Below are positions 39,781 to 48,438 of a stretch of DNA of 64,000 nt, in pieces. The position numbers and the translations under genes are program-made. Each line of letters begins with the position of its first letter. Within the stretch, counting starts at the first letter, position 1. The notes under the pieces are model-generated. The model saw nothing but the letters and a program-made list of their open reading frames with translations, was not told the origin of the DNA and did no database searches. The DNA comes from an uncultured delta proteobacterium (GTDB taxonomy: Bacteria > Desulfobacterota > Syntrophia > Syntrophales > UBA2185), in assembly GCA_963729715.1 (NCBI GenBank), contig CAVSPA010000004.1:320001-384000 (forward strand), read 5' to 3'.

Positions 39781-42096
39781 ATGCTGAGAGAGCCCATTAT
39801 CAGAGCAATCATTATACCGATCCTGTCCATGCTGGTCGCAGGCGCCTGGGGATGTGCGGGCATGCTCGTACCGAAGGAGGACCAGTTGATGCCTGCCGCA
39901 CGTTACGCGGAACTGGAGACTTACATGGAAAGTCAGGTTAAAGACCTGCATTCGGCTTCAACGCGACAGTTGATGTACCTCTGTTACTCCTATTCAAGGC
40001 TCAAGAAATACAACAAGCTTTTCCCCTGCCTCGATCAGTTCGACGCCAATATCGATAAGGGCGATATCACTGTAAACATGTTCGATATGTCTATCATGCC
40101 TTATCTGCTTCGGGCTGAGGCCTATTTAGAATTCGGAGATTATGGAAAGGCGGTTGGAGAAGCCCAAAAGGCTTATGCCATCGTAACAAAAAAAGACCTC
40201 CACCGATACATGCGGATTCAGGCTCTAAACGTTCTTGGCCTCGCACAGGCCCTCTCCGGCAACAGAGAGAAGGCGATAGAATGCGCCAGATCTCTCGAAG
40301 ATATCGGCACTCACTATCCCTTTACGTTCTTGAAGACTGATAAGCTGAACGGCCTTTCACGGATATATATGGCCTTGGGAGATTTCCAGAAGAGCCTGGC
40401 TTACATCAGTGAAGACGAAAGCATCTCCTGGTCGCGCTCAATGGCGCAGGCCGCCGTCGTACTGACAGGCGCCATGCCGGTTGGTGATGACATATTTGCA
40501 TACAGTCAATTGCCCAAGTCATTCATCCTGAATAAAAGCCTGTATGAGACCGGTTACCTCAAGGAAGCCAAAGCGGGATACGACGCCCTCCTGAAAGAGC
40601 CCCGGACGAAAGACAATACGGACATATACTGGATGATTCTCTTCGACCGCGGAAAGATTGCCGATGCCGATGGCAGCCGCAGGGAGGCAATCGACTTCTA
40701 CAGGCGTGCGGTGGACATCGTCGAGCAGCAGCGCTCGACCATCAATACCGAGGCAAGCAAGATTGGTTTTGTAGGCGACAAGCAGAATGTTTACAGCCGC
40801 CTCATCGCCGCGCTCTATATGGACGGCCAGTACGGTGCCGCCTTTGATTACGTGGAGCGGTCGAAGTCGCGTGCTCTCGTCGATCTTCTAGCCTCGAAGC
40901 AGGACTTCGCCGTGAAGGCAGGCGAAGAACGGGACGTCCGGAATCTCCTTGATATCGACAGAAAGGCGGAAGCGGAAGTCATAGCGCAGGATCTCTCACC
41001 CGAGCGGACCAAAACCCGCAGTGTCATTGTCACCGTGAAGCAGGAACTGCAGACTAAATCGCCGGAACTCGCCTCCCTTGTGAGTGTCACATCACTTTCA
41101 GTCTCTGATATACGCGTCCTCCTACCGCCTGACGAAGCGCTCATTGAGTACTATTACAGCGAAGGCGAGATGTTCGCATTCGTCTTGACGAGAGAGAGTT
41201 TGAAATCCGTGCGTCTCAACAGCGATAAGCTCGTAGAGGACATCCGTCAGTTTCGGACTCTTCTTGAGACGCCGGGTTCCTCCGATTACCCGACGCTTGC
41301 CCGGAGTCTCTACAAGAGGCTCTTTGAGCCTTTCAAAAGCATGTTGGACAAGCGGAGCCTCGCCATTGTTCCACACGGCGCCCTCCACTACCTGCCGTTT
41401 AATGCCCTGCTGAATGACAGAGGCTACCTGATTGAACAATACAGCATCCGCATACTCCCTAGCGCCAGCGTTATCAAATACCTCCACTCGAAGAAATCCA
41501 CAAAAGCCGCAGAGATTCTTGCCTTCGGCAATCCCGACCTCGGCGACCCTCACTATGACCTCGTCTATGCCCAGGAAGAGGCACAGGCGGTTGCACGCAC
41601 ACGCCCCCAGTCACGCGTGCTTCTGCGCAGGGAGGCAACGGAGTCGGCATTGAGGAAATATGGCCGGAGCTTCACTTACATCCACTTTGCCACCCACGGG
41701 CAGTTTGATTCCGATATGCCGCTCAAGTCCGCATTACTCCTCGCCGGTGACGATTGGAGCGACGGCAGGCTGACGGTGGATAAGCTTTATTCCATGAACA
41801 TCGATGCGGATCTCGTCACATTGAGCGCCTGCGAAACGGGACTCGGAAAGGTGATGAACGGCGATGACGTGGTGGGTTTGACGCGCGGCTTCCTCTACGC
41901 CGGAAGCAATTCCATTGTGTCGAGCCTCTGGAAGGTTGACGACCAGGCTACGGGAGAGCTCATGGCGGGGTTTTATAACGCCCTTAAGAATACCGGAAAA
42001 CGCCAGGCCTTGCGGCAGGCACAATTAAGCGCCCGCAAGAGATATCCTCATCCGTATTACTGGGCTTCATTTCAATTGACAGGCAGTGCGGATTAG
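39781..42096 (+). CDS. TPR + CHAT lipoprotein (paralog of 7341-9674)
   Basis: GGAGG RBS before ATG 39781; AWGC lipobox; HFATHG, LSACETG, HPYYWASFQLTG. Confidence 0.9.
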   Translation: MLREPIIRAIIIPILSMLVAGAWGCAGMLVPKEDQLMPAARYAELETYMESQVKDLHSASTRQLMYLCYSYSRLKKYNKLFPCLDQFDANIDKGDITVNMFDMSIMPYLLRAEAYLEFGDYGKAVGEAQKAYAIVTKKDLHRYMRIQALNVLGLAQALSGNREKAIECARSLEDIGTHYPFTFLKTDKLNGLSRIYMALGDFQKSLAYISEDESISWSRSMAQAAVVLTGAMPVGDDIFAYSQLPKSFILNKSLYETGYLKEAKAGYDALLKEPRTKDNTDIYWMILFDRGKIADADGSRREAIDFYRRAVDIVEQQRSTINTEASKIGFVGDKQNVYSRLIAALYMDGQYGAAFDYVERSKSRALVDLLASKQDFAVKAGEERDVRNLLDIDRKAEAEVIAQDLSPERTKTRSVIVTVKQELQTKSPELASLVSVTSLSVSDIRVLLPPDEALIEYYYSEGEMFAFVLTRESLKSVRLNSDKLVEDIRQFRTLLETPGSSDYPTLARSLYKRLFEPFKSMLDKRSLAIVPHGALHYLPFNALLNDRGYLIEQYSIRILPSASVIKYLHSKKSTKAAEILAFGNPDLGDPHYDLVYAQEEAQAVARTRPQSRVLLRREATESALRKYGRSFTYIHFATHGQFDSDMPLKSALLLAGDDWSDGRLTVDKLYSMNIDADLVTLSACETGLGKVMNGDDVVGLTRGFLYAGSNSIVSSLWKVDDQATGELMAGFYNALKNTGKRQALRQAQLSARKRYPHPYYWASFQLTGSAD

Positions 42097-42130
42097 CGGC
42101 TGGCGCCAAAAGGGTACGGGAGACGGAATG

Positions 42131-42406
42131 CTATTTACGCACGAGTGTGCCTTCCCTGGTGCCGTTCTCCGGGGTCCAGCTCATGCGTTTGTAGAGGTTC
42201 GGGCCGATCTGTTCCAGCCAGATGATTTTGTTTACGCAAGGCGTTAGTGTGAGTTGCGAAAAGCTTGAGGAAAGCTCATCAGGATCACACCGCGTTGCAT
42301 AATAAGAAACTTTATAGTCGCCTATAATCTTCGTATCTTCCTTGAAATAATACCAGACCCCTGCAAACAATAGCAGTCCAATTATGGCGATTACCAGTGC
42401 TCTCAT
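42131..42406 (-). CDS. Small membrane-anchored hypothetical protein
   Basis: N-terminal hydrophobic helix, two Cys. Confidence 0.55.
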   Translation of the reverse strand: MRALVIAIIGLLLFAGVWYYFKEDTKIIGDYKVSYYATRCDPDELSSSFSQLTLTPCVNKIIWLEQIGPNLYKRMSWTPENGTREGTLVRK

Positions 42407-42493
42407 CGTTATATCTCTCGCAGGGTCTCCATTTAGCAGTTATTGCGACATATATTTACCTTCACAGTATTTCATATTACGCAAGATTCGTCA

Positions 42494-42522
42494 ATGCACA
42501 CTTGAAACATGCACACTTGAAA
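42494..42522. repeat. Tandem duplication with 15-bp period
   Basis: ATGCACACTTGAAA at 42494 and 42509. Confidence 0.8.
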
Positions 42523-42595
42523 AGGATGAGCCAGATTGAAGTTCACACTCGCATTTGATTTGATAAATATTTTTAGGTATTATATGGCATAATTA

Positions 42596-43230
42596 ATCCT
42601 GGGTAAACCCCCGGCTCTGCCGGGGGACTCCCAGAGTTTGACAATTCCGGGAATGTAAAGGAAACCTTCTATCCGTGAACCGTTCAAAGTTTACGGGGAA
42701 GGAGGTTTCAGTTGAACGACAGGCAGAGTTTAAGCCATACGTCATGGGAATGCAAGTACCATGTGGTATGGATACCGAAGTATCGGAGGAAAGCGATTTA
42801 CGAGCAACTGCGGAGATATTTGGGGTCAACATTCAGGGACCTCGCGATTCAGAAAGAGAGTCAGGTTATCGAGGGTCATCTTCGAGTTGATCATGTGCAT
42901 ATGTTGATCTCCATTCCGCCGAAGCATGCGGTAGCGCAAGTGGTTGGTTTCATCAAAGGCAAGAGCGCGATACATATTGCGAGAAACTTTATGGGTCATC
43001 GCAAGAATTTCACCGGTCAGCACTTTTGGGCCAGAGGTTATGAAGTTTCCACCGTTGGCAGAGATGAAGCCACCATTCGAGAATACATCAGAAAACAAGA
43101 GCAAGAAGACCGGCGTCTCGATCAGCTCAACATGTTTGAGGAGTAACCACCTTCAGGTGGTTCAGTAAATTAAATCCGCTTTGAGCGGTTCATACATTCA
43201 AGCCTCCGGCTTTGCCGGAGGTATATGACT
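42596..43230 (+). mobile_element. IS200-group element (IS200/IS605 family), tnpA only; ends approximate
   Basis: Subterminal hairpins CCCCCGGC-TCT-GCCGGGGG (42608-42626) and CCTCCGGC-TTT-GCCGGAGG (43203-43221) flank the transposase. Confidence 0.9.
42712..43146 (+). CDS. tnpA: Y1 HUH transposase
   Basis: YHVVWIPKYR, DHVH (HUH), KGKS, FWARGY, EYIRKQ. Confidence 0.95.
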   Translation: MNDRQSLSHTSWECKYHVVWIPKYRRKAIYEQLRRYLGSTFRDLAIQKESQVIEGHLRVDHVHMLISIPPKHAVAQVVGFIKGKSAIHIARNFMGHRKNFTGQHFWARGYEVSTVGRDEATIREYIRKQEQEDRRLDQLNMFEE

Positions 43231-43310
43231 CGACTGAGCGCAGAGACGGAAGTCGATTTCGGATCATGCTAAGTATCATGTGCTGACCAGGATAATGAAA
43301 ATGAGGTCTC

Positions 43311-43775
43311 ATGGATCCCTCAGAGATGGAAGAAAAAGCTGCCGTCCTTTTTGACAAGCTTTTCCACTGAAGCCAGGCCGTCCTTGCGGTCGGGCAAGAG
43401 AAACTAGGTAAGGATGTCAATGAAGATATGCTCAAAGCAATGGATGCCTTCGGCGGAGGATTGGGGGCGCACGGCGAGACATGCGGCGCTCTTATCGGAG
43501 GCCTTGCCGTAATTGGTTTACTGTACGGCAGAAGCGCAGGCGACAAATTCGCCGATTTTCGGATGTGGAAATATGCGCACGAACTCATGAAGCGGTTTAA
43601 AGGGGAAATTACAAGCGGCCGTATTCTTTGCAGGGATATAGTCAACGTAAATTGGATGGATCAGAACCAGGTTAAGGAATATCGGCAAGGCCAAAAGCAT
43701 GATAACTGCAGAAAATTGACGGGCAAAACTGCGAAGCTCGTCGGGGAAATCATCGAGCGGGCAACGGCTGCGTAA
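43311..43775 (+). CDS. C_GCAxxG_C_C family redox protein, predicted selenoprotein (TGA 43368-43370)
   Basis: MDPSEMEEKAAVLFDKLFH-U-SQAVLAVG in frame with CGALIGG, ILCRDI, NCRKL; SECIS-like hairpin follows. Confidence 0.85.
43381..43401 (+). promoter_or_regulatory. Putative bacterial SECIS
   Basis: TC-CTTGC[GGTCGG]GCAAG-A-GA; G-starting loop 18 nt after UGA. Confidence 0.7.
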
Positions 43776-43906
43776 GAATCAAGATTCATGAAGAACAAAC
43801 CCTGGATACCCCGTGCGGAAGCACGGGTTCTTTACGCGCACTCTGTTATTTCGAAAAATCGTGCCCTCTCATAATGATGGACTCCCGTCCATGTCCAGGA
43901 GGAAGA

Positions 43907-44515
43907 ATGTTAACAACTAAAGAAGCTATAGAAAAAAGGCGGAGTATAAGAAAGTTTAAATCGGACCCCATTCCTCAAGAGCACATAACGGCGCTCTTGG
44001 ATTCCGCGCGGCTCGCGCCGTCCGGTTCCAATTCACAGCCCTGGCGTTTTAAAGTCGTCCACGACAGGGACACAAGACTGCAACTGGCTCAGGCATCTTA
44101 CAAAGAACCATTCATCGCCGAAGCTCCCGTTGTATTTGTCTGCTGCATCGACTTAAAGAGTTTCATAGACGGCACCGTCTCAGGTATACAGGACCTCGGT
44201 AGGATTGGGGCAGTCCAAGGCAGGATAGTTAAGATCATAGCCGATAGGACGGAGCGCTATTCCCCCGTCGACATAGAAGAACTTACCCCGAGAATAGCAC
44301 TTAACCTCGCTATTGCTGTGGAACACATCGTGCTGAGGGCATTGGATTTCGGTCTCGGAAGCTGCTGGATAAGGCTCCTCAATGGAAAGGCTATCAAGGA
44401 AATCTTCGGATGGGGCCGGAATATTCATGTAGTCGCACTATTGCCCGTCGGTTATCCGGCTGAATCACCTGCGCCGAGAAGAAGATTGAAAATCGAGGAA
44501 ATACTTATCGACTGA
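43907..44515 (+). CDS. Nitroreductase family protein
   Basis: RRSIRKF, APSGSNSQPW, GLGSCWI, VGYP. Confidence 0.95.
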   Translation: MLTTKEAIEKRRSIRKFKSDPIPQEHITALLDSARLAPSGSNSQPWRFKVVHDRDTRLQLAQASYKEPFIAEAPVVFVCCIDLKSFIDGTVSGIQDLGRIGAVQGRIVKIIADRTERYSPVDIEELTPRIALNLAIAVEHIVLRALDFGLGSCWIRLLNGKAIKEIFGWGRNIHVVALLPVGYPAESPAPRRRLKIEEILID

Positions 44516-44534
44516 AAACAAATGGAGGAATTTG

Positions 44535-44822
44535 ATGGTTATTATCTTAGGGAAATATACGAAGCCCCTGGAGGTGATCGATGCCCTTCTCGAGGATCAT
44601 CGAAAGTTTCTCGACCAGTACTACAAGAACTCAAAGTTCATTTGTTCCGGTCCGCAAGACCCACGAGTCGGCGGTGTCATAGTGGCAAATGTAGAAAGCG
44701 TCGATGAAGCCCGGCAGATCATGAAAAGCGATCCCTTTCATATCAACGGGGCGGCAGAATATCAGTTCATCGAATTTCTTCCGCTCAAATGCGATGAGCG
44801 TTTCTCGTGCTTTATCAAATGA
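44535..44822 (+). CDS. YciI-family protein
   Basis: H..FL, SGP, GGVIV, DPF motifs. Confidence 0.85.
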   Translation: MVIILGKYTKPLEVIDALLEDHRKFLDQYYKNSKFICSGPQDPRVGGVIVANVESVDEARQIMKSDPFHINGAAEYQFIEFLPLKCDERFSCFIK

Positions 44823-44912
44823 CAGGCATAGCGGGAGCTGTGCAAGCAATTTAGCTTGATAACAAGTTAAATACACTTCGTACTTCTCGCGTCTTGCCGG
44901 AGATAGATCTGA

Positions 44913-45725
44913 TTGTCCACTACTAAAGACAAGTTTGATATCTATGCATTGAAGTGCCGCGTTTCTGCTGAATTAATCAGGCCACGTGCCAAAACGGGTG
45001 ATCGGCCCGTGCTTGTGTTTCTCCACGAAGGACTGGGCAGCATCGGTCAATGGCGCGACTTCCCTGAAAAACTATGCGAGAAAACAGGCTGCCCGGCTCT
45101 GGTCTACGACCGCTGTGGTCACGGCACTTCCGATCCTCTAACGGAATCAAGAAGACCCGACTATCTCCATGACGAGGCCCTGCTTAGCCTCCCTGAAGTC
45201 CTAAAACAATGCGTCATCGACAAACCTATTTTCATAGGCCATAGCGATGGCGGTTCCATTGCCATCATATATGCGGGAACATATCCGCAAAAGGTTACCG
45301 GTATAATAACAGAGGCGGCGCATGTCTTTGTCGAGGATGTCACTGTAGATGGCATAAAGCGCGCTGTCGAAGTCTATGAGAGCACGGATTTAAGAACGCG
45401 TCTGGCCAGATTTCATGGCAGTAATACCGAGTTGATGTTCCGGGGCTGGGCGGACATCTGGCTTTCGCCGGAGTTCCGCGATTGGAACATCGAGAATTAC
45501 CTTCCGAACGTCACCTGCCCTCTTCTTGCGGTTCAGGGAAGAGATGATGAGTATGGCACGCCTGTCCAGGTTGAAGCCATCGTGGGCAAGGTTGCGGGAC
45601 AGGCAAGAGGTTTGATGATCGAGAATTGCGGACACATCCCTCACATACAGGCGAGGGAAAAAGTATTTGCGGAAATGGTGAACTTCATCTCGGCAATAAT
45701 CAAAGAGAGAAACAAGGCATCATAG
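44913..45725 (+). CDS. Alpha/beta hydrolase
   Basis: FLHEGLG, GHSDGG nucleophile elbow, QGRDDEY, GHIPH. Confidence 0.9.
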   Translation: MSTTKDKFDIYALKCRVSAELIRPRAKTGDRPVLVFLHEGLGSIGQWRDFPEKLCEKTGCPALVYDRCGHGTSDPLTESRRPDYLHDEALLSLPEVLKQCVIDKPIFIGHSDGGSIAIIYAGTYPQKVTGIITEAAHVFVEDVTVDGIKRAVEVYESTDLRTRLARFHGSNTELMFRGWADIWLSPEFRDWNIENYLPNVTCPLLAVQGRDDEYGTPVQVEAIVGKVAGQARGLMIENCGHIPHIQAREKVFAEMVNFISAIIKERNKAS

Positions 45726-45830
45726 CTTCCGCCTCTGTCTGCTCGGTGCCACGCCGCGAGCAATTATTTATGCAAATCTTTGTACTCAGTATGGCTAACA
45801 CTTTTAGTTCTGTAGGGCAGCATACAACAG

Positions 45831-46295
45831 CTATTTCTTATAAACGCCGCACCCGACAAGAAGATTCCCCATCTTTTCGATGTACATGGATTTGGGCTCA
45901 ATTTTTTTGGTTAATGGATTGCCAAACTTATAGTCTTGCCAAAACTCCGATTTTGTCCTTGCGAGTTCCACTCTTTCTTTTACGTAATATTTTCCATCGG
46001 GATCTCTCATGTCGATCAGATCTTTTCCGACCAAAAATTTCGGATTCTGTCCATGGGCTAAACACTTTCCTTTTAAATCATAAACTACGACGTACAAATC
46101 TCTGTCAACAAACTTTCCTTTGAGATTGCTGATTTCGGCGAAGGCTTTTTCCGGCCCTACGGCCTTTATGTAAGCGACCGCTTTCTTAACCATCGCTACC
46201 GCTTCAGCCGGTGTCCCACTCTGGGCTGAATAAGCATTGCCTACAAGACCGAGCAAGAAAATACCGACAATTACTGTCACTGATATCCGCTTCAT
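45831..46295 (-). CDS. Stand-alone single Cache domain periplasmic protein
   Basis: Signal peptide; DRDLYVVV, AHG, DPDGK, VGCGVY. Confidence 0.9.
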   Translation of the reverse strand: MKRISVTVIVGIFLLGLVGNAYSAQSGTPAEAVAMVKKAVAYIKAVGPEKAFAEISNLKGKFVDRDLYVVVYDLKGKCLAHGQNPKFLVGKDLIDMRDPDGKYYVKERVELARTKSEFWQDYKFGNPLTKKIEPKSMYIEKMGNLLVGCGVYKK

Positions 46296-46574
46296 TTGTT
46301 CACCTCCTCAATATTTCTTCCCCAACATCCGATTAACCGCCTCATTATCTTTTGCCGTGAGCATTATGATGAATCCGTAGTGAAAAATCAACCCCATCTT
46401 TTATGCTTATCAAGGTAGACAACCTGCAATCCAACTCGCTCAGCCCGTCGCATCATGCTCCTAAATTTGCCGAATTTCACCCTTTTCTCAATGAATATGC
46501 CTTGGTCCCTGATGTTGAATATACTTGACATAAGAGCATCCTTTTTTTATGCTCACGCCGGATCAAGGTCAACG

Positions 46575-46814
46575 ATGAAAACAAACTTGAACGATTACAA
46601 AAAAGAAATGCAGGAACTTGAGACACGTTCTCACAGAATACAGGAGCAAGAGTATTCTGAAGTCAATCACGCACGCGCCGGGAAAAAGGAACTGCGAGTC
46701 ACAGCGCCGCTGTCCATAAAATGGGCCAGATTAATGCCGGGATTGATGGCCATCCTCATGGCCGTTCTCACACTAATCTTTCTCATTATCTCCGAGGTAC
46801 TAAAGAATCACTGA
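46575..46814 (+). CDS. Small hypothetical protein with C-terminal TM helix
   Basis: ATG with AAGG RBS; hydrophobic C-terminus. Confidence 0.5.
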   Translation: MKTNLNDYKKEMQELETRSHRIQEQEYSEVNHARAGKKELRVTAPLSIKWARLMPGLMAILMAVLTLIFLIISEVLKNH

Positions 46815-46933
46815 GCAGATATCTCTCCATCTCTACCGTACAGAGAGAATGAATCGCCTCGGTCAACGCACACAGAGAGCCCACCTGTAACTTTGCATTA
46901 AACCCGTTCAAATAAATGCAGTTCGAATCTATG

Positions 46934-47566
46934 TCATTGACACTTCGGAAATGCCTTCAGGGGCGCCGGCTTGCCGTCCGGCACGGCAGTGCGTGTGCCG
47001 TTCATAATCATGGCGAGAAAAGTGTAATAGCCGTTGATGCCGAGCATATCGATGACGCCCTGCTCGCCGAAGCGCTTCAGTGCCCGCTCATAAGTCGCAT
47101 CGGCAACACTCTTGTTAATATGGAGTTCCGTGCAGAAGTCATAAACAATTTGCTCATCCTCATTCATCCCCATGGGATAGCGCCCATCAGCGATCGCTCT
47201 CACAATCTCTGCCGTGATGCCTGATTTGATCGCGATGGGCTCATGGATAGCCCATTCCACCTGCTGCGTCCACTGGCGCGCCGTAATTAGGATGACGAGC
47301 TCGCTCAGTTTGGTCCCGATTGCACTCTTGTAGCGTAGGTATTCCCCCACGCGCTGCGCCCTGTCCATGAGCTCCGGGCTACGAATCAGCGGCACAAACG
47401 GCCCATAAAGAGCGCCGCGGGGACCTTTGACAATCTCCGCTGCGTACTTCTTCTGGAGATCGGTCATCTTTTCAAGCGGCATCGCGGGCATTCTGTCTTG
47501 TGCAAAAACACTGTTCGATTGCATGCCGATAGCAACTACAAAAACGATAAGGCAAAGCCACTCCAT
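46934..47566 (-). CDS. Carboxymuconolactone decarboxylase/AhpD-like protein with signal peptide
   Basis: GPF..L.RSPEL, ELVILITAR, EWAIH, GYY; AGGAGG RBS. Confidence 0.85.
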   Translation of the reverse strand: MEWLCLIVFVVAIGMQSNSVFAQDRMPAMPLEKMTDLQKKYAAEIVKGPRGALYGPFVPLIRSPELMDRAQRVGEYLRYKSAIGTKLSELVILITARQWTQQVEWAIHEPIAIKSGITAEIVRAIADGRYPMGMNEDEQIVYDFCTELHINKSVADATYERALKRFGEQGVIDMLGINGYYTFLAMIMNGTRTAVPDGKPAPLKAFPKCQ

Positions 47567-47718
47567 AAATTCCTCCTTTTGCTCCCCGGGAGCTTGCATT
47601 TGCCGCTATATGAATCAGTCAAGGGAATCCTGATTTACTAAAGGACAATGAATCGGAAGCAAATAAAAGAGAGGCGCCGCGTCCGTCCTGTCATCATTAT
47701 TGCCTCCTCATCAGAAAT

Positions 47719-48180
47719 CTATTTTTCGAATATTAATTCATCCTTGAGTTTAATACAACCGTTCACGCTCTGCGCAGCAGGACAGCGGGTGATATAGTTT
47801 GCGAAGCTCTCTTTGGCATCGGCCACCTTATCTTCGGGAACTTTCAGATGGTATTTGACACGGATAGTGGTGATCTTGAGTACGCCGTTGATATTCTCTA
47901 TGTCGCCTTCCACATCGGCCCAGTACAGACTTTCCGGCGTGGGAATCTTTTTTCCGGCCATCAACGTGGCCAGTGTGCCCATCATTCAACCGGCTGTCGC
48001 GGCAACGATGTGGTCGAGAGTCGCCGCATGCTCCTCTTCCGGCTGTATTTTGTAAAATTTCATGATGCCGCCGTGAACGCCGTAATAGACGGGTTCCGAG
48101 AATCCCTCTATCATGGCTCTTCTTGTCGGCCCTTTTTCCCTGACGATTTTAATTCTTGATGTGTGAACGACTTCTCCCAT
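47719..48180 (-). CDS. OsmC/Ohr-family protein, predicted selenoprotein (TGA 47986-47988)
   Basis: Two track ORFs join in frame: HIVAATAG-U-MMGTLA...CPAAQSV; AGGAGG RBS before ATG 48180. Confidence 0.85.
47954..47973 (-). promoter_or_regulatory. Putative bacterial SECIS
   Basis: CTGGCCA[CGTTGA]TGGCCGG; 19 nt between UGA and the loop. Confidence 0.7.
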
Positions 48181-48438
48181 ATCAGTCCTCCTTAACCTTT
48201 TTCTGTCTAATACCTCAACAGATTTGGTTTTACAACAAAATCCCATGTAGACACGCTTTTGACAAGCTAGGTTCATAACATTGGTTATATGCGAAGATGT
48301 GCACCGCGGTCTTGGCTGCTGATTTACCAATGCAGCAATCTTGTGAAAGGGTGGCGTGTGCAGCCAAGAACAGCTCTTGTGGTTTTGCCGATTTTGATGT
48401 ATAAAATGCCCCAGATTCTTTACGAGAGGACCATACAG

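Noticed and set aside
43147..43310. tnpB cargo of the IS200/IS605 element
   Set aside because: The right-end hairpin follows tnpA within about 60 bp; no room for tnpB
43810..43827. Hairpin CCCGTGC-GGAA-GCACGGG as a mobile-element end
   Set aside because: Single copy just after a stop codon; more simply a terminator or stabiliser
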